64,000 bases of DNA from a virus. Its lineage: Duplodnaviria > Caudoviricetes. Position 1 is the first letter of the stretch. Each line of letters starts with the position of its first letter. The position numbers and the translations under genes are program-made. The notes beneath the pieces were generated by a model that worked only from the letters and a program-made list of their open reading frames with translations, did no database searches and was not told where the DNA came from. Where the stretch lies: IMG/VR virus record IMGVR_UViG_3300028603_000021, positions 32,001 through 96,000 of that record, one strand, 5' to 3'. Positions 1 to 6,545 of the stretch are shown piece by piece.

Positions 1-509
1 ATATCCACCACAAATTGGACGTAGTAACCATCGGCTCTTTTTAAGAGCCTGACTCTGCGAATTAAATCCTCTGGGTAGTGGTGAATGTCGTTAGTTCCGA
101 TAAGGCGCAGTTTTCCTATGTTGTTTTTATCGGTGAAGGTAATAGATTTCCCCTCAACCTTCCACCCAGACTGTTTATACTCTACGCTTCGCATTGATTT
201 AAACTTGGGATACCCAACTGGTTTTTGTCCGGTCTTAACACGGTCGTAGAATCTAGAGATTGCTGCCCAAGCTCTTTCTGATGCCGCCTGAACTGCGGTT
301 GAGTTAAGCTGACCTGCCCATTCAAACTCCTTGCGTAGTTGCGTGGTATATTTGTACAAATCATACTTACCTACCTTGGTATCCGAATCTTTCGCATCCA
401 TCCAAAGTCGTAAGCACTTGTTACGAACAAACCCGGCAGTCCGGATAGCCGCGTCTATAGTAGCAGCCTGTGCTGGTTTTGTTCTTGCTTTGTACTCAAT
501 TATAATCAC
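1..509 (-). CDS. tnpB: IS200/IS605-family TnpB (RNA-guided endonuclease), N-terminal part; runs off window edge; absent from ORF track
   Basis: Manual translation from GTG at 509: MIIIEYKARTKPAQAATIDAAIRTAGFVRNKCLRLWMD...LNSTAVQAASERAWAAISRFY...GYPKFK...RSVEYKQSGWK...RRVRLLKRADGYYVQFVVD, typical of the TnpB N-terminus; TATAAT 6 nt upstream (leaderless). Confidence 0.9.
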   Translation of the reverse strand, partial: MIIIEYKARTKPAQAATIDAAIRTAGFVRNKCLRLWMDAKDSDTKVGKYDLYKYTTQLRKEFEWAGQLNSTAVQAASERAWAAISRFYDRVKTGQKPVGYPKFKSMRSVEYKQSGWKVEGKSITFTDKNNIGKLRLIGTNDIHHYPEDLIRRVRLLKRADGYYVQFVVD

Positions 510-591
510 GTGTTAATTATACACGTTCTTACGCTGGAAAAGCAAGCGCAATTCATCCCATGACTGAAGTCACGGGCGTTCTTGCTTCGTC
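1..591 (-). mobile_element. IS605/IS1341-like element; left end, no tnpA upstream of tnpB
   Basis: Subterminal hairpin CCCATGACTGAAGTCACGGG (557-576) inside a larger AGCAAG..CTTGCT stem; TTAC (minus strand, 592-595) abuts the end, as for IS608-like targets. Confidence 0.75.
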
Positions 592-687
592 GTAAAAGAA
601 GATAGATACCACTCAGCATCAAGAGTACCTATCGCGTCTAGGATATTATTCTGATAAAGCTCGTCGATCATAGCTATCGCCTTTCTG

Positions 688-777
688 TGGCGGAGGAGCA
701 GGGGGTCGAACCCTGACCGCTGTTACACGGGCACGTTTAGCAAACGTGTGCGACGAGCCACTATTCGCCTCTCCTCC
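688..777 (-). tRNA. tRNA-Ser(GCT)
   Basis: Cloverleaf GGAGGAG/CTCCTCC, anticodon arm CACGT-TTGCTAA-ACGTG, long variable arm, GGTTCGAC T-loop, encoded CCA. Confidence 0.93.
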
Positions 778-800
778 TCAACGCTTGTTTTTTGTCTTGG

Positions 801-1127
801 CTAGACTTTCGTCCACTCGATAATCTCTACCATCCTAGTCGTCTTCTTGGCAACTTCCTCGGGCTCACCGATATCATATTCGTTTTCCTGATTTTCTGTC
901 AACCCCACACTGTATGGGAACCCATAGTAACGCCCGGTTTCATTAGAACGAAAAACCGCCAGCATATACCTATGCCACCTGCCAGAATCAGTTTCTACTG
1001 TGTCAACTAAGTCAAACTCGTCGTTACCGTCATACACCATGTCTTCCGGATATTCCTCAAGCGCCACCCTCAATTTCTCTAGGTCGTTATTTACCGGCTT
1101 TACAGCTATTCCCATCACAAACACCAT
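801..1127 (-). CDS. hypothetical phage protein
   Basis: 108-aa acidic ORF with GAAAGGA RBS, co-oriented with neighbours. Confidence 0.7.
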   Translation of the reverse strand: MVFVMGIAVKPVNNDLEKLRVALEEYPEDMVYDGNDEFDLVDTVETDSGRWHRYMLAVFRSNETGRYYGFPYSVGLTENQENEYDIGEPEEVAKKTTRMVEIIEWTKV

Positions 1128-1134
1128 CCTTTCT

Positions 1135-1326
1135 TTATCTTAGCAGCGCGTAATAGGCAATAACGGCTATCACCAGCACTATACTAAGCACCATCTTGAT
1201 TAATTCGTCCTTCAGCATAAACTTCTCGCCTACAACCACAAATAGCATCATCCCGAGAAAAAGATATGCGCCCCACATATTGTGCAGGCTCCACACGTCA
1301 TCCCCACTTGACCACGTAAAGATCAA
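1135..1326 (-). CDS. small membrane protein (true start probably internal)
   Basis: Two hydrophobic segments. Confidence 0.5.
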   Translation of the reverse strand: MIFTWSSGDDVWSLHNMWGAYLFLGMMLFVVVGEKFMLKDELIKMVLSIVLVIAVIAYYALLR

Positions 1327-1567
1327 AGTTAGAGTTAGTAGGTATCCTGTCTACGCTGTACCCTAGAGCCCCCAGAGAACTCAGCTCAGCACCTGTGAGG
1401 TTGCGCAAAAGAAGCTGAGTATCTCCGTCAGCAATCGCTCTGAGAAGTTTCCTGCTAACCGCAGAGGCGTGCTTCGAAACTTCTCTAGCATAGTCGGCAG
1501 ACACAACGATAGGTGGTGTAGCTTGTTTCACCGAAGCGCCAAACACCTTAGAACCACTCTTTATCAT
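1298..1567 (-). CDS. hypothetical protein
   Basis: AGGAGGAGG RBS directly after tRNA-Lys CCA. Confidence 0.65.
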   Translation of the reverse strand: MIKSGSKVFGASVKQATPPIVVSADYAREVSKHASAVSRKLLRAIADGDTQLLLRNLTGAELSSLGALGYSVDRIPTNSNFDLYVVKWG

Positions 1568-1579
1568 TTCCCTCCTCCT

Positions 1580-1655
1580 TGGTGCGCCCTGTAGGATTCG
1601 AACCTACAAATCCACAGATTAAAAGTCTGTTGCCTTACCGTTTGGCTAAGGACGC
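1580..1655 (-). tRNA. tRNA-Lys(TTT)
   Basis: Anticodon arm ACAGA-CTTTTAA-TCTGT, GGTTCGAATCC, ACCA end. Confidence 0.95.
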
Positions 1656-1692
1656 ATGAGGTAATATAGCGTGCATAAAGATGAGAAATATG

Positions 1693-1769
1693 TGGTGGCT
1701 AGAAGTGGAATTGAACCACTGACACCCCGCTCTTCAGGCGGGTGCTCTACCAGACTGAGCTATCTAGCC
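1693..1769 (-). tRNA. tRNA-Phe(GAA)
   Basis: Anticodon arm CCCGC-CTGAAGA-GCGGG, GGTTCAATTCC, ACCA end. Confidence 0.95.
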
Positions 1770-1773
1770 GTGT

Positions 1774-1848
1774 TGGAGCCCCTTGCAGGAATTGCACCCA
1801 CGTCAGTAGTTTACAAGACTACCGCTCTGCTAATTGAGCTAAAGGGGC
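1774..1848 (-). tRNA. tRNA-Thr(TGT)
   Basis: Anticodon arm GTAGT-CTTGTAA-ACTAC; variant T-loop (TGCAATT); TCCA end. Confidence 0.9.
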
Positions 1849-2111
1849 AGATTTTTGTTGTACGCTTTCTTAACTAGTTCAGCAAGCTCTAGTGCTTGTT
1901 CTTCGCTGAGTATCACTGTTTCTGTCAGAAGGTTTCCATGGCGTAGAATCTGCCATGCTTGCTTAATCCTTCTCCAGGCGCTCGTGCGACTCCTTCCGCT
2001 GTTTCCATACTCCCAGAACGAAAAGTAGATATCGTTTTCTTCTGAGTATTTTTCAACCTCAAGGGAATGGCTAGAACACTCGCACTTGAAGTGCTTTGAC
2101 ACGTGCATCAT
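1839..2111 (-). CDS. hypothetical phage protein
   Basis: CxC-x2-H N-terminus, translationally coupled to upstream ORF. Confidence 0.65.
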   Translation of the reverse strand: MMHVSKHFKCECSSHSLEVEKYSEENDIYFSFWEYGNSGRSRTSAWRRIKQAWQILRHGNLLTETVILSEEQALELAELVKKAYNKNLPL

Positions 2112-2248
2112 TCTTCCTTTTCGTTAGCGTAGATTGCTCGGATAGCAGACTGTGCTTTCTCTTTGGTGGCGTGGTGAGAAACCACTTTTCCAGAATCCTT
2201 CTTGACTACTACCCACTTGTCTCCCTGGCGCTTGACCTTATACGGCAT
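2108..2248 (-). CDS. small basic phage protein (46 aa, below ORF-track cutoff)
   Basis: MPYKVKRQGDKWVVVKKDSGKVVSHHATKEKAQSAIRAIYANEKEE with GGAGG RBS. Confidence 0.7.
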   Translation of the reverse strand: MPYKVKRQGDKWVVVKKDSGKVVSHHATKEKAQSAIRAIYANEKEE

Positions 2249-2260
2249 ATATCCCTCCGA

Positions 2261-2482
2261 TCACGCTTGTATAGCCCACCAAGAGTCTATCATGTAATCT
2301 ATCTCTTGTATAGTGGCTTCGTCTAGCTCCTCTTCCTCGTTCAAGGTAGACGCCAGCTTCATGAGCATCCTTTTCACAAAGTACTCATGAACAGCATCAC
2401 TGTTAGGGGCGCTTTCTGAATACTGCCAAGCTCTTTCTAGACCAGTAGAGACAGCATACATGACTAACTCAGTCAGTGTCAC
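2261..2482 (-). CDS. hypothetical protein
   Basis: GGAGG RBS, GTG start. Confidence 0.6.
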   Translation of the reverse strand: MTLTELVMYAVSTGLERAWQYSESAPNSDAVHEYFVKRMLMKLASTLNEEEELDEATIQEIDYMIDSWWAIQA

Positions 2483-2501
2483 ACGATGACCTCCGTTTTG
2501 A

Positions 2502-2585
2502 TGGTAGGAGCGGTGGGAGTCGAACCCACATGCACAAGGCGACAGATTTTAAGTCTGTTCTGTAAACCAGTTCCAGCACGCTCCC
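2502..2585 (-). tRNA. tRNA-Leu(TAA)
   Basis: Anticodon arm ACAGA-CTTAAAA-TCTGT, variable arm present, ACCA end. Confidence 0.93.
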
Positions 2586-2591
2586 AAAAGT

Positions 2592-2669
2592 TGGTGTCCG
2601 TGGCTGGATTTGAACCAGCACATTTTACGGGTCTAAGCCGTAATCCTCTGCCAGTTGGGATACACGGAC
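2592..2669 (-). tRNA. tRNA-Leu(TAG), short variable region
   Basis: Anticodon arm TACGG-CTTAGAC-CCGTA, 6-nt variable loop, GGTTCAAATCC, ACCA end. Confidence 0.88.
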
Positions 2670-2673
2670 ATGC

Positions 2674-2883
2674 CTAGTATTCGTCCTCGTATTCATCCTC
2701 ATCGTCTTCATACCCATAGTAACTTACTGGACGGCTGGTTATAATCCTCCCATGGCAGTAAGGACACGCTGGAAGATCGTCTACCACGCCCTTAACTGGC
2801 TCAGCAAACTCACCATCACACGAAGTATACCACGTATCCTCGTCATATACCCAGAAACAAGCATCTCTGTCAGTCACTATCAT
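2674..2883 (-). CDS. small Zn-ribbon-like protein with acidic tail
   Basis: C..C and CPYC motifs. Confidence 0.6.
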   Translation of the reverse strand: MIVTDRDACFWVYDEDTWYTSCDGEFAEPVKGVVDDLPACPYCHGRIITSRPVSYYGYEDDEDEYEDEY

Positions 2884-2905
2884 AGTTTCCCCTTATCCTT
2901 GCCGA

Positions 2906-2939
2906 AGATAATTCCGCCCGAAGCATCACTCCGGGCGGG
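2906..2939 (-). terminator. probable intrinsic terminator closing the tRNA-Met/ribozyme unit
   Basis: CCGCCCGGAG-TGATG-CTTCGGGCGG hairpin followed by AATTATCTT (weak U-tract). Confidence 0.55.
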
Positions 2940-2961
2940 TCTAGAAAGGAGGTAGTACTTT

Positions 2962-3011
2962 GGTCTTTGGTTTGAATCCAGACACGCCACGTGGAGGCAG
3001 ACCTTGTGTCC
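2962..3011 (-). ncRNA. minimal HDV-like (theta-type) self-cleaving ribozyme #1
   Basis: GGACAC-AA-GGUCU-GCC-UCCACGU-GGC-GUGUCU-GG-AUUCAAA-CCAA-AGACC: P1 with G1-U wobble, P2, P3, L3 with CC:GG P1.1, J4/2 cytidine; no P4. Confidence 0.85.
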
Positions 3012-3089
3012 GTTTGGCCTCCGAAGAGGCAGATGCCGATACTTCCTAGGAGCTTTCGACACCCCTTGCACCCGTCGATGCAAGCTGGT

Positions 3090-3165
3090 TGGTTGCGCGG
3101 GAGGGATTCGAACCCACCTTAAGCAGCTTATGAGGCTGATGAACACACCAGTATTCTTCCGCGCA
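3090..3165 (-). tRNA. tRNA with CAT anticodon (Met; fMet or Ile2 not resolved)
   Basis: TGCGCGG/CCGCGCA acceptor, loop CTCATAA, GGTTCGAATCC, ACCA end. Confidence 0.85.
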
Positions 3166-3175
3166 TCGTTGTCAC

Positions 3176-3204
3176 AGTATACATCACCTCTGACTGTATG
3201 TCAA
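3176..3204 (-). promoter_or_regulatory. sigma70-type promoter for tRNA-Met/ribozyme unit
   Basis: TTGACA-17 nt-TATACT. Confidence 0.8.
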
Positions 3205-3429
3205 GTAGTACGATGCTGGTATTCCCTGCCAGATAAAGTCTTCATCTTCTTCGTCGCGTATATCTATCTCGGCCTCACACATGCTCATCCCACCTGTGTC
3301 CTCTTTACACCATCCGCAAATTAAATGCTCCCATGCATAATCTTCCGCTTCCTTCAGCGAGTAAAACTTTTTGTCTATATCTCTGCTCGGTAGCTCGATT
3401 ATATACATAGAATCCTTTCTTTGGGACAA
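3184..3429 (-). CDS. hypothetical protein (likely start ~3408)
   Basis: Acidic ORF, GAAAGGA RBS after tRNA-His. Confidence 0.55.
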   Translation of the reverse strand: MSQRKDSMYIIELPSRDIDKKFYSLKEAEDYAWEHLICGWCKEDTGGMSMCEAEIDIRDEEDEDFIWQGIPASYYLTYSQR

Positions 3430-3496
3430 CCGGAGGGAGTTGAACCCTCACCAACTCCGTCACAAGGAGGTATGCAGCCATTACACCACGGTTGAC
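3422..3496 (-). tRNA. tRNA-His(GTG)
   Basis: Loop TTGTGAC, encoded G-1 opposite C73, CCA end. Confidence 0.9.
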
Positions 3497-3672
3497 ATGC
3501 GGCTAAAGGTCTCAGCAGGCTCTTCATAGAAAGGGTCTACCATTTCAGCTCCGGGTCGGTACTCAAGGATTCCAAGGTTGACCAGAAGCTGCCCGAAACG
3601 CTGCTGTGGATGTCTCTCCACCTGTTGCGATAGGCTCTCTACTATCTTTCTGTTGTACTCTTGTCTGGTCAT
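3481..3672 (-). CDS. hypothetical phage protein
   Basis: HPQQRFGQLL..DPFYEE motif recurrent in small phage proteins; AAGGAG RBS. Confidence 0.65.
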   Translation of the reverse strand: MTRQEYNRKIVESLSQQVERHPQQRFGQLLVNLGILEYRPGAEMVDPFYEEPAETFSRMSTVV

Positions 3673-3688
3673 TTCTTTCTCCTTAAGT

Positions 3689-3762
3689 TGGCTGCCCCGC
3701 CAGGGCTCGAACCTAGATTAACCGAGTCAAAGTCGGTTGTCGTGCCATTAGACCACGAGGCA
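3689..3762 (-). tRNA. tRNA-Gln(TTG)
   Basis: Anticodon arm ACCGA-CTTTGAC-TCGGT, U1-A72 pair, GCCA end. Confidence 0.93.
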
Positions 3763-3817
3763 ATGTTGTATTGCAGTTCTTATACTATCGGAATAGAGCG
3801 TGAGAATGATGATAACT

Positions 3818-4579
3818 TCAAACTCTTAAAAGTCCTAAATCTAATTCTTTATGGTGGTTAGGACAGAGGTACACGAGATTTTTTGGGTCATTTATTTCCT
3901 CCATAGTGGCTTCGTCGGGGAATGAGGAGATATTTTTTATATGGCATAGCTCCACATAGGTGTCATACCCACAAGACCTGCACACTTTTACCAGCCCTCT
4001 TCTCGCTGCCAACCTTCTTGCTCCAGTGCGGATTCTTACGTAGTACTCGTGGGACACGTTGTTGCACATCTCTTTGAACTGACCAAACGTTTTAGAGAGA
4101 TAATCCTCATCGGCCTTCTCTTTCATCCCTGCTATCCTACAGTCAGAACATTGCTTTGACGTTGACAATATATTCTTCCCGCAGTAACAAGTGCCACTTT
4201 TCCCAGACTTAGCTGCTACTTTCTTGTGATTTACATAATGAACACCCTTAGTTCGTTTGGGATGTAGAGTGTTGTTATAAGTAGCCGAGCAGCTGCTGTT
4301 GCAAAATACCTTTCCCTTGGCGTCTGCTTCTCGTCTAAGTACGTCTTCTCCGCAGTTATCACAGCTAAGCACTAGTCGCGGGACTGCCCGAGACTTTGCC
4401 GCACAAGCAGCACTACAAAATAATGATCTGCCGTGCTTTATCGCGGCTTGTATCTTAGACTTTTTCCTAGTTACGTCCAATCCGCAACCTACGCAGTTTA
4501 TCGCCAGATGGTCTGAAGATTTCAGATGTCTTAATCTAGAGATAATTTCCTGGTAACAGTCGGGGGTCACTAGTAACAC
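3818..4579 (-). CDS. HNH homing endonuclease with Cys-rich Zn-finger repeats, inserted in tRNA cluster
   Basis: Multiple CxxC / FCSxxC repeats; C-terminal CRSCG..ELCHIK..NLVYLCPNHH. Confidence 0.85.
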   Translation of the reverse strand: MLLVTPDCYQEIISRLRHLKSSDHLAINCVGCGLDVTRKKSKIQAAIKHGRSLFCSAACAAKSRAVPRLVLSCDNCGEDVLRREADAKGKVFCNSSCSATYNNTLHPKRTKGVHYVNHKKVAAKSGKSGTCYCGKNILSTSKQCSDCRIAGMKEKADEDYLSKTFGQFKEMCNNVSHEYYVRIRTGARRLAARRGLVKVCRSCGYDTYVELCHIKNISSFPDEATMEEINDPKNLVYLCPNHHKELDLGLLRV

Positions 4580-4628
4580 AAAGATATGTTATCACAGCTG
4601 TAGTCGAGAGTCAAGTTTTCGAACTAGA

Positions 4629-4704
4629 TGGTAGCGGGTGTAGGATTTGAACCTCTCTTCACCCTTCCAAAGGGTGTATGCTCCCAGTTTACATCACACC
4701 CACT
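4629..4704 (-). tRNA. tRNA-Pro(TGG), atypical acceptor/T geometry
   Basis: Anticodon arm CACCC-TTTGGAA-GGGTG, GGTTCAAATCC, ACCA; folds best as 9-bp acceptor plus 3-bp T stem. Confidence 0.75.
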
Positions 4705-4731
4705 GCGTGGACTCAAACATAGATGAAGATA

Positions 4732-5042
4732 GAGCCTTTTAACGCCATGCTCAGGGCTAACCCTATAAAACCTTTTAACGCCATGTCCGGGGCTGCTCTT
4801 TGTATACCACCCTCTAGCTCCGCTCGTGAAGAAGCTGAGGGGTAAGATAAGAGCAGTTTTAAGTCTTACTCAGGACTAGGAGGTAGGTGGAGCAGTTTAA
4901 TTGCCTTACTCAGGGCGGTCAAGCCGATTCCGGGTGTGCTAGCACTCAGGTTTCCAGACTCCTACCGGGTTAACCTGATACAGCTGTTACCCGCGCCGCT
5001 GCTTGGGGCGGAGCCTTTTTCAGTCGTGCTCAGGACTTGGTT
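4732..5042 (-). ncRNA. putative ncRNA built of repeated H-type pseudoknot modules
   Basis: Five 26-27-nt imperfect repeats (4732-4757, 4768-4793, 4851-4876, 4890-4916, 5011-5036) plus a degenerate one (4981-5010), with compensatory changes; ORF-free; own promoter. Confidence 0.75.
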
Positions 5043-5048
5043 TATCTA

Positions 5049-5077
5049 ATTATAGCAACTTTAGTCGTTCTTGTCAA
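5049..5077 (-). promoter_or_regulatory. perfect consensus sigma70 promoter driving the pseudoknot array
   Basis: TTGACA-17 nt-TATAAT with extended TGn; predicted start ~5042. Confidence 0.88.
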
Positions 5078-5258
5078 ACGGCGGGTCTAGAAGACCCTTA
5101 CCACGCGAAAGCTTGCTGAATATCAAGTAGAGGTAGAAGGGTATCCCAACCGGCCACACGAAGAAGTAGAGAGTATCCTCTGGTTCAAAACCTCCCCTTC
5201 CGCGAGCCAGCCCGAACAGCATCCCACACACCCAAAGTCCTATCAAGTAGATTCCCAT
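5061..5258 (-). CDS. small membrane protein
   Basis: Two hydrophobic segments, AAGGAGG RBS. Confidence 0.65.
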   Translation of the reverse strand: MGIYLIGLWVCGMLFGLARGRGGFEPEDTLYFFVWPVGIPFYLYLIFSKLSRGKGLLDPPFDKND

Positions 5259-5295
5259 TGCTTTACCTCCTTTCCTCTATACTATCACTAGTCAG

Positions 5296-5547
5296 CTACG
5301 GTGTCAACTTCTTTGCAAGGTTAAGGACAGCTTCTTCTTCTGTAGCCCCGAATCCTTCAACCTCAAGGCTGTCATCGTCTGGAAAGATAGCACGGGCTAC
5401 ATAGCCACTTTCTGTTTCCTCTACCTGAACCATATAGCTGCTGACCTTTTCAGTGGTCGTAGTGACCTTAGTACCGAACTCAGACCACACATACGAAGCA
5501 GCCGCTGCCCCTAGAAGAAAAGCTCCCAGCATCTCAAACCACGGCAT
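5296..5547 (-). CDS. hypothetical protein, N-terminal TM and HicB-like C-terminus
   Basis: GYVARA..GFGATEEEAVLNL resembles the HicB fold. Confidence 0.55.
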   Translation of the reverse strand: MPWFEMLGAFLLGAAAASYVWSEFGTKVTTTTEKVSSYMVQVEETESGYVARAIFPDDDSLEVEGFGATEEEAVLNLAKKLTP

Positions 5548-5855
5548 CAGAGGCTGTTCCTGAACTTAGACCAAGACACGCTCCATATGGTATAAAAACC
5601 GTCCACCAGAAGAGCCACATCGTCTACAGAAATTGTTTCTCCACCCTTAGTGAGCTGGATACCCTTAGCAATGGGCGGAATTAATTCAGTGACGCTCTCA
5701 CCGTCTGAGAGCACCCAAGACTCAAGCTCTTGGTCATACCAGCTGCTCCTCGGGTTGTCTGTGAAGAACCACGCTGAGCTATCACCAGCATCTATAAACA
5801 ACGTACCAAACTCTCCTTCAAAATCTAGTCTCATGCTCACCTTCTTTCTGACCAC
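5547..5855 (-). CDS. hypothetical protein
   Basis: Coupled ORF. Confidence 0.55.
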   Translation of the reverse strand: MVRKKVSMRLDFEGEFGTLFIDAGDSSAWFFTDNPRSSWYDQELESWVLSDGESVTELIPPIAKGIQLTKGGETISVDDVALLVDGFYTIWSVSWSKFRNSL

Positions 5856-5888
5856 TTTCGTGATAAGATAATTCCCGCTTTAGTGATA

Positions 5889-6191
5889 TCACTGCTCAGC
5901 ATAAGAAACATGAGGAACCCACCCAGCAGTCTCAAGCTCTGTACACACAGCTGGGAACAATTCATCTGGCACGCGGATACGGAAGATATACACCGGCTCC
6001 CCGAACGGATTTATGCCAACGTCTAGCAACGGGTAGGTAGTCATAGTGGTTTCTATAAACAACGACTGCACAGCGATCTCTGTTTCGTCGCTGCGCTTCT
6101 TGAAAACCCTCTCAGAGGTTGTGTCGGCTACTGTTACATAGCCGACAACCTGCGTAAGCTCTAGCTCTACCGGGTACCCATCACCTTTCAT
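5889..6191 (-). CDS. hypothetical protein
   Basis: Coupled ORF. Confidence 0.6.
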   Translation of the reverse strand: MKGDGYPVELELTQVVGYVTVADTTSERVFKKRSDETEIAVQSLFIETTMTTYPLLDVGINPFGEPVYIFRIRVPDELFPAVCTELETAGWVPHVSYAEQ

Positions 6192-6363
6192 TGTTAGGTG
6201 CCTTCACCTCACCAAACAAACCTTCTTGGATGCCTACCAACTTGTGGCCTCTGTATTTCTTAGACACCCACTGCTCAGCATCGTCCCATCCGAAGAAGAA
6301 TTTATTCAGGGTGATAAGCTTCCTGTGTCCTTTCTTGTCTTCGATAATCAGCTCGTTATTCAT
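6181..6363 (-). CDS. hypothetical protein
   Basis: GAGGAG RBS. Confidence 0.6.
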   Translation of the reverse strand: MNNELIIEDKKGHRKLITLNKFFFGWDDAEQWVSKKYRGHKLVGIQEGLFGEVKAPNNER

Positions 6364-6365
6364 GG

Positions 6366-6545
6366 TTACTCCTCTTCGTCTTCGTAGTACTCGTCGTACA
6401 GACGCCTCACTGCTGCTTGTGGGGAGTACCCAGCATCAAACATATCTCTGAGTTCAGGCTGGGACACCTCCCCAAGCTCCATGCCTAGCATAGCCCACAG
6501 CGACGTGTCTAGCTCGTCGAGCCAGGTATCAAAATCCCACTCCAT
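6366..6545 (-). CDS. small acidic protein (59 aa, below cutoff)
   Basis: MEWDFDTWLDELDTSLW...YEDEEE, start overlaps rIIB stop. Confidence 0.6.
   Translation of the reverse strand: MEWDFDTWLDELDTSLWAMLGMELGEVSQPELRDMFDAGYSPQAAVRRLYDEYYEDEEE

Noticed and set aside
182-516. Short ORFs 182-364 and 331-516
   Set aside because: Alternative frames of tnpB.
1671-3861. Plus-strand ORFs 1671-1877, 2486-2677, 3004-3324, 3661-3861 and minus ORF 2880-3146
   Set aside because: They overlap tRNAs or the ribozyme unit; GxEP motifs are translations of antisense T-loops.
4732-5036. CRISPR array or preQ1-I riboswitch tandem
   Set aside because: Repeats are degenerate with very unequal spacers, the preQ1 loop consensus is absent, and there is no downstream regulated ORF.
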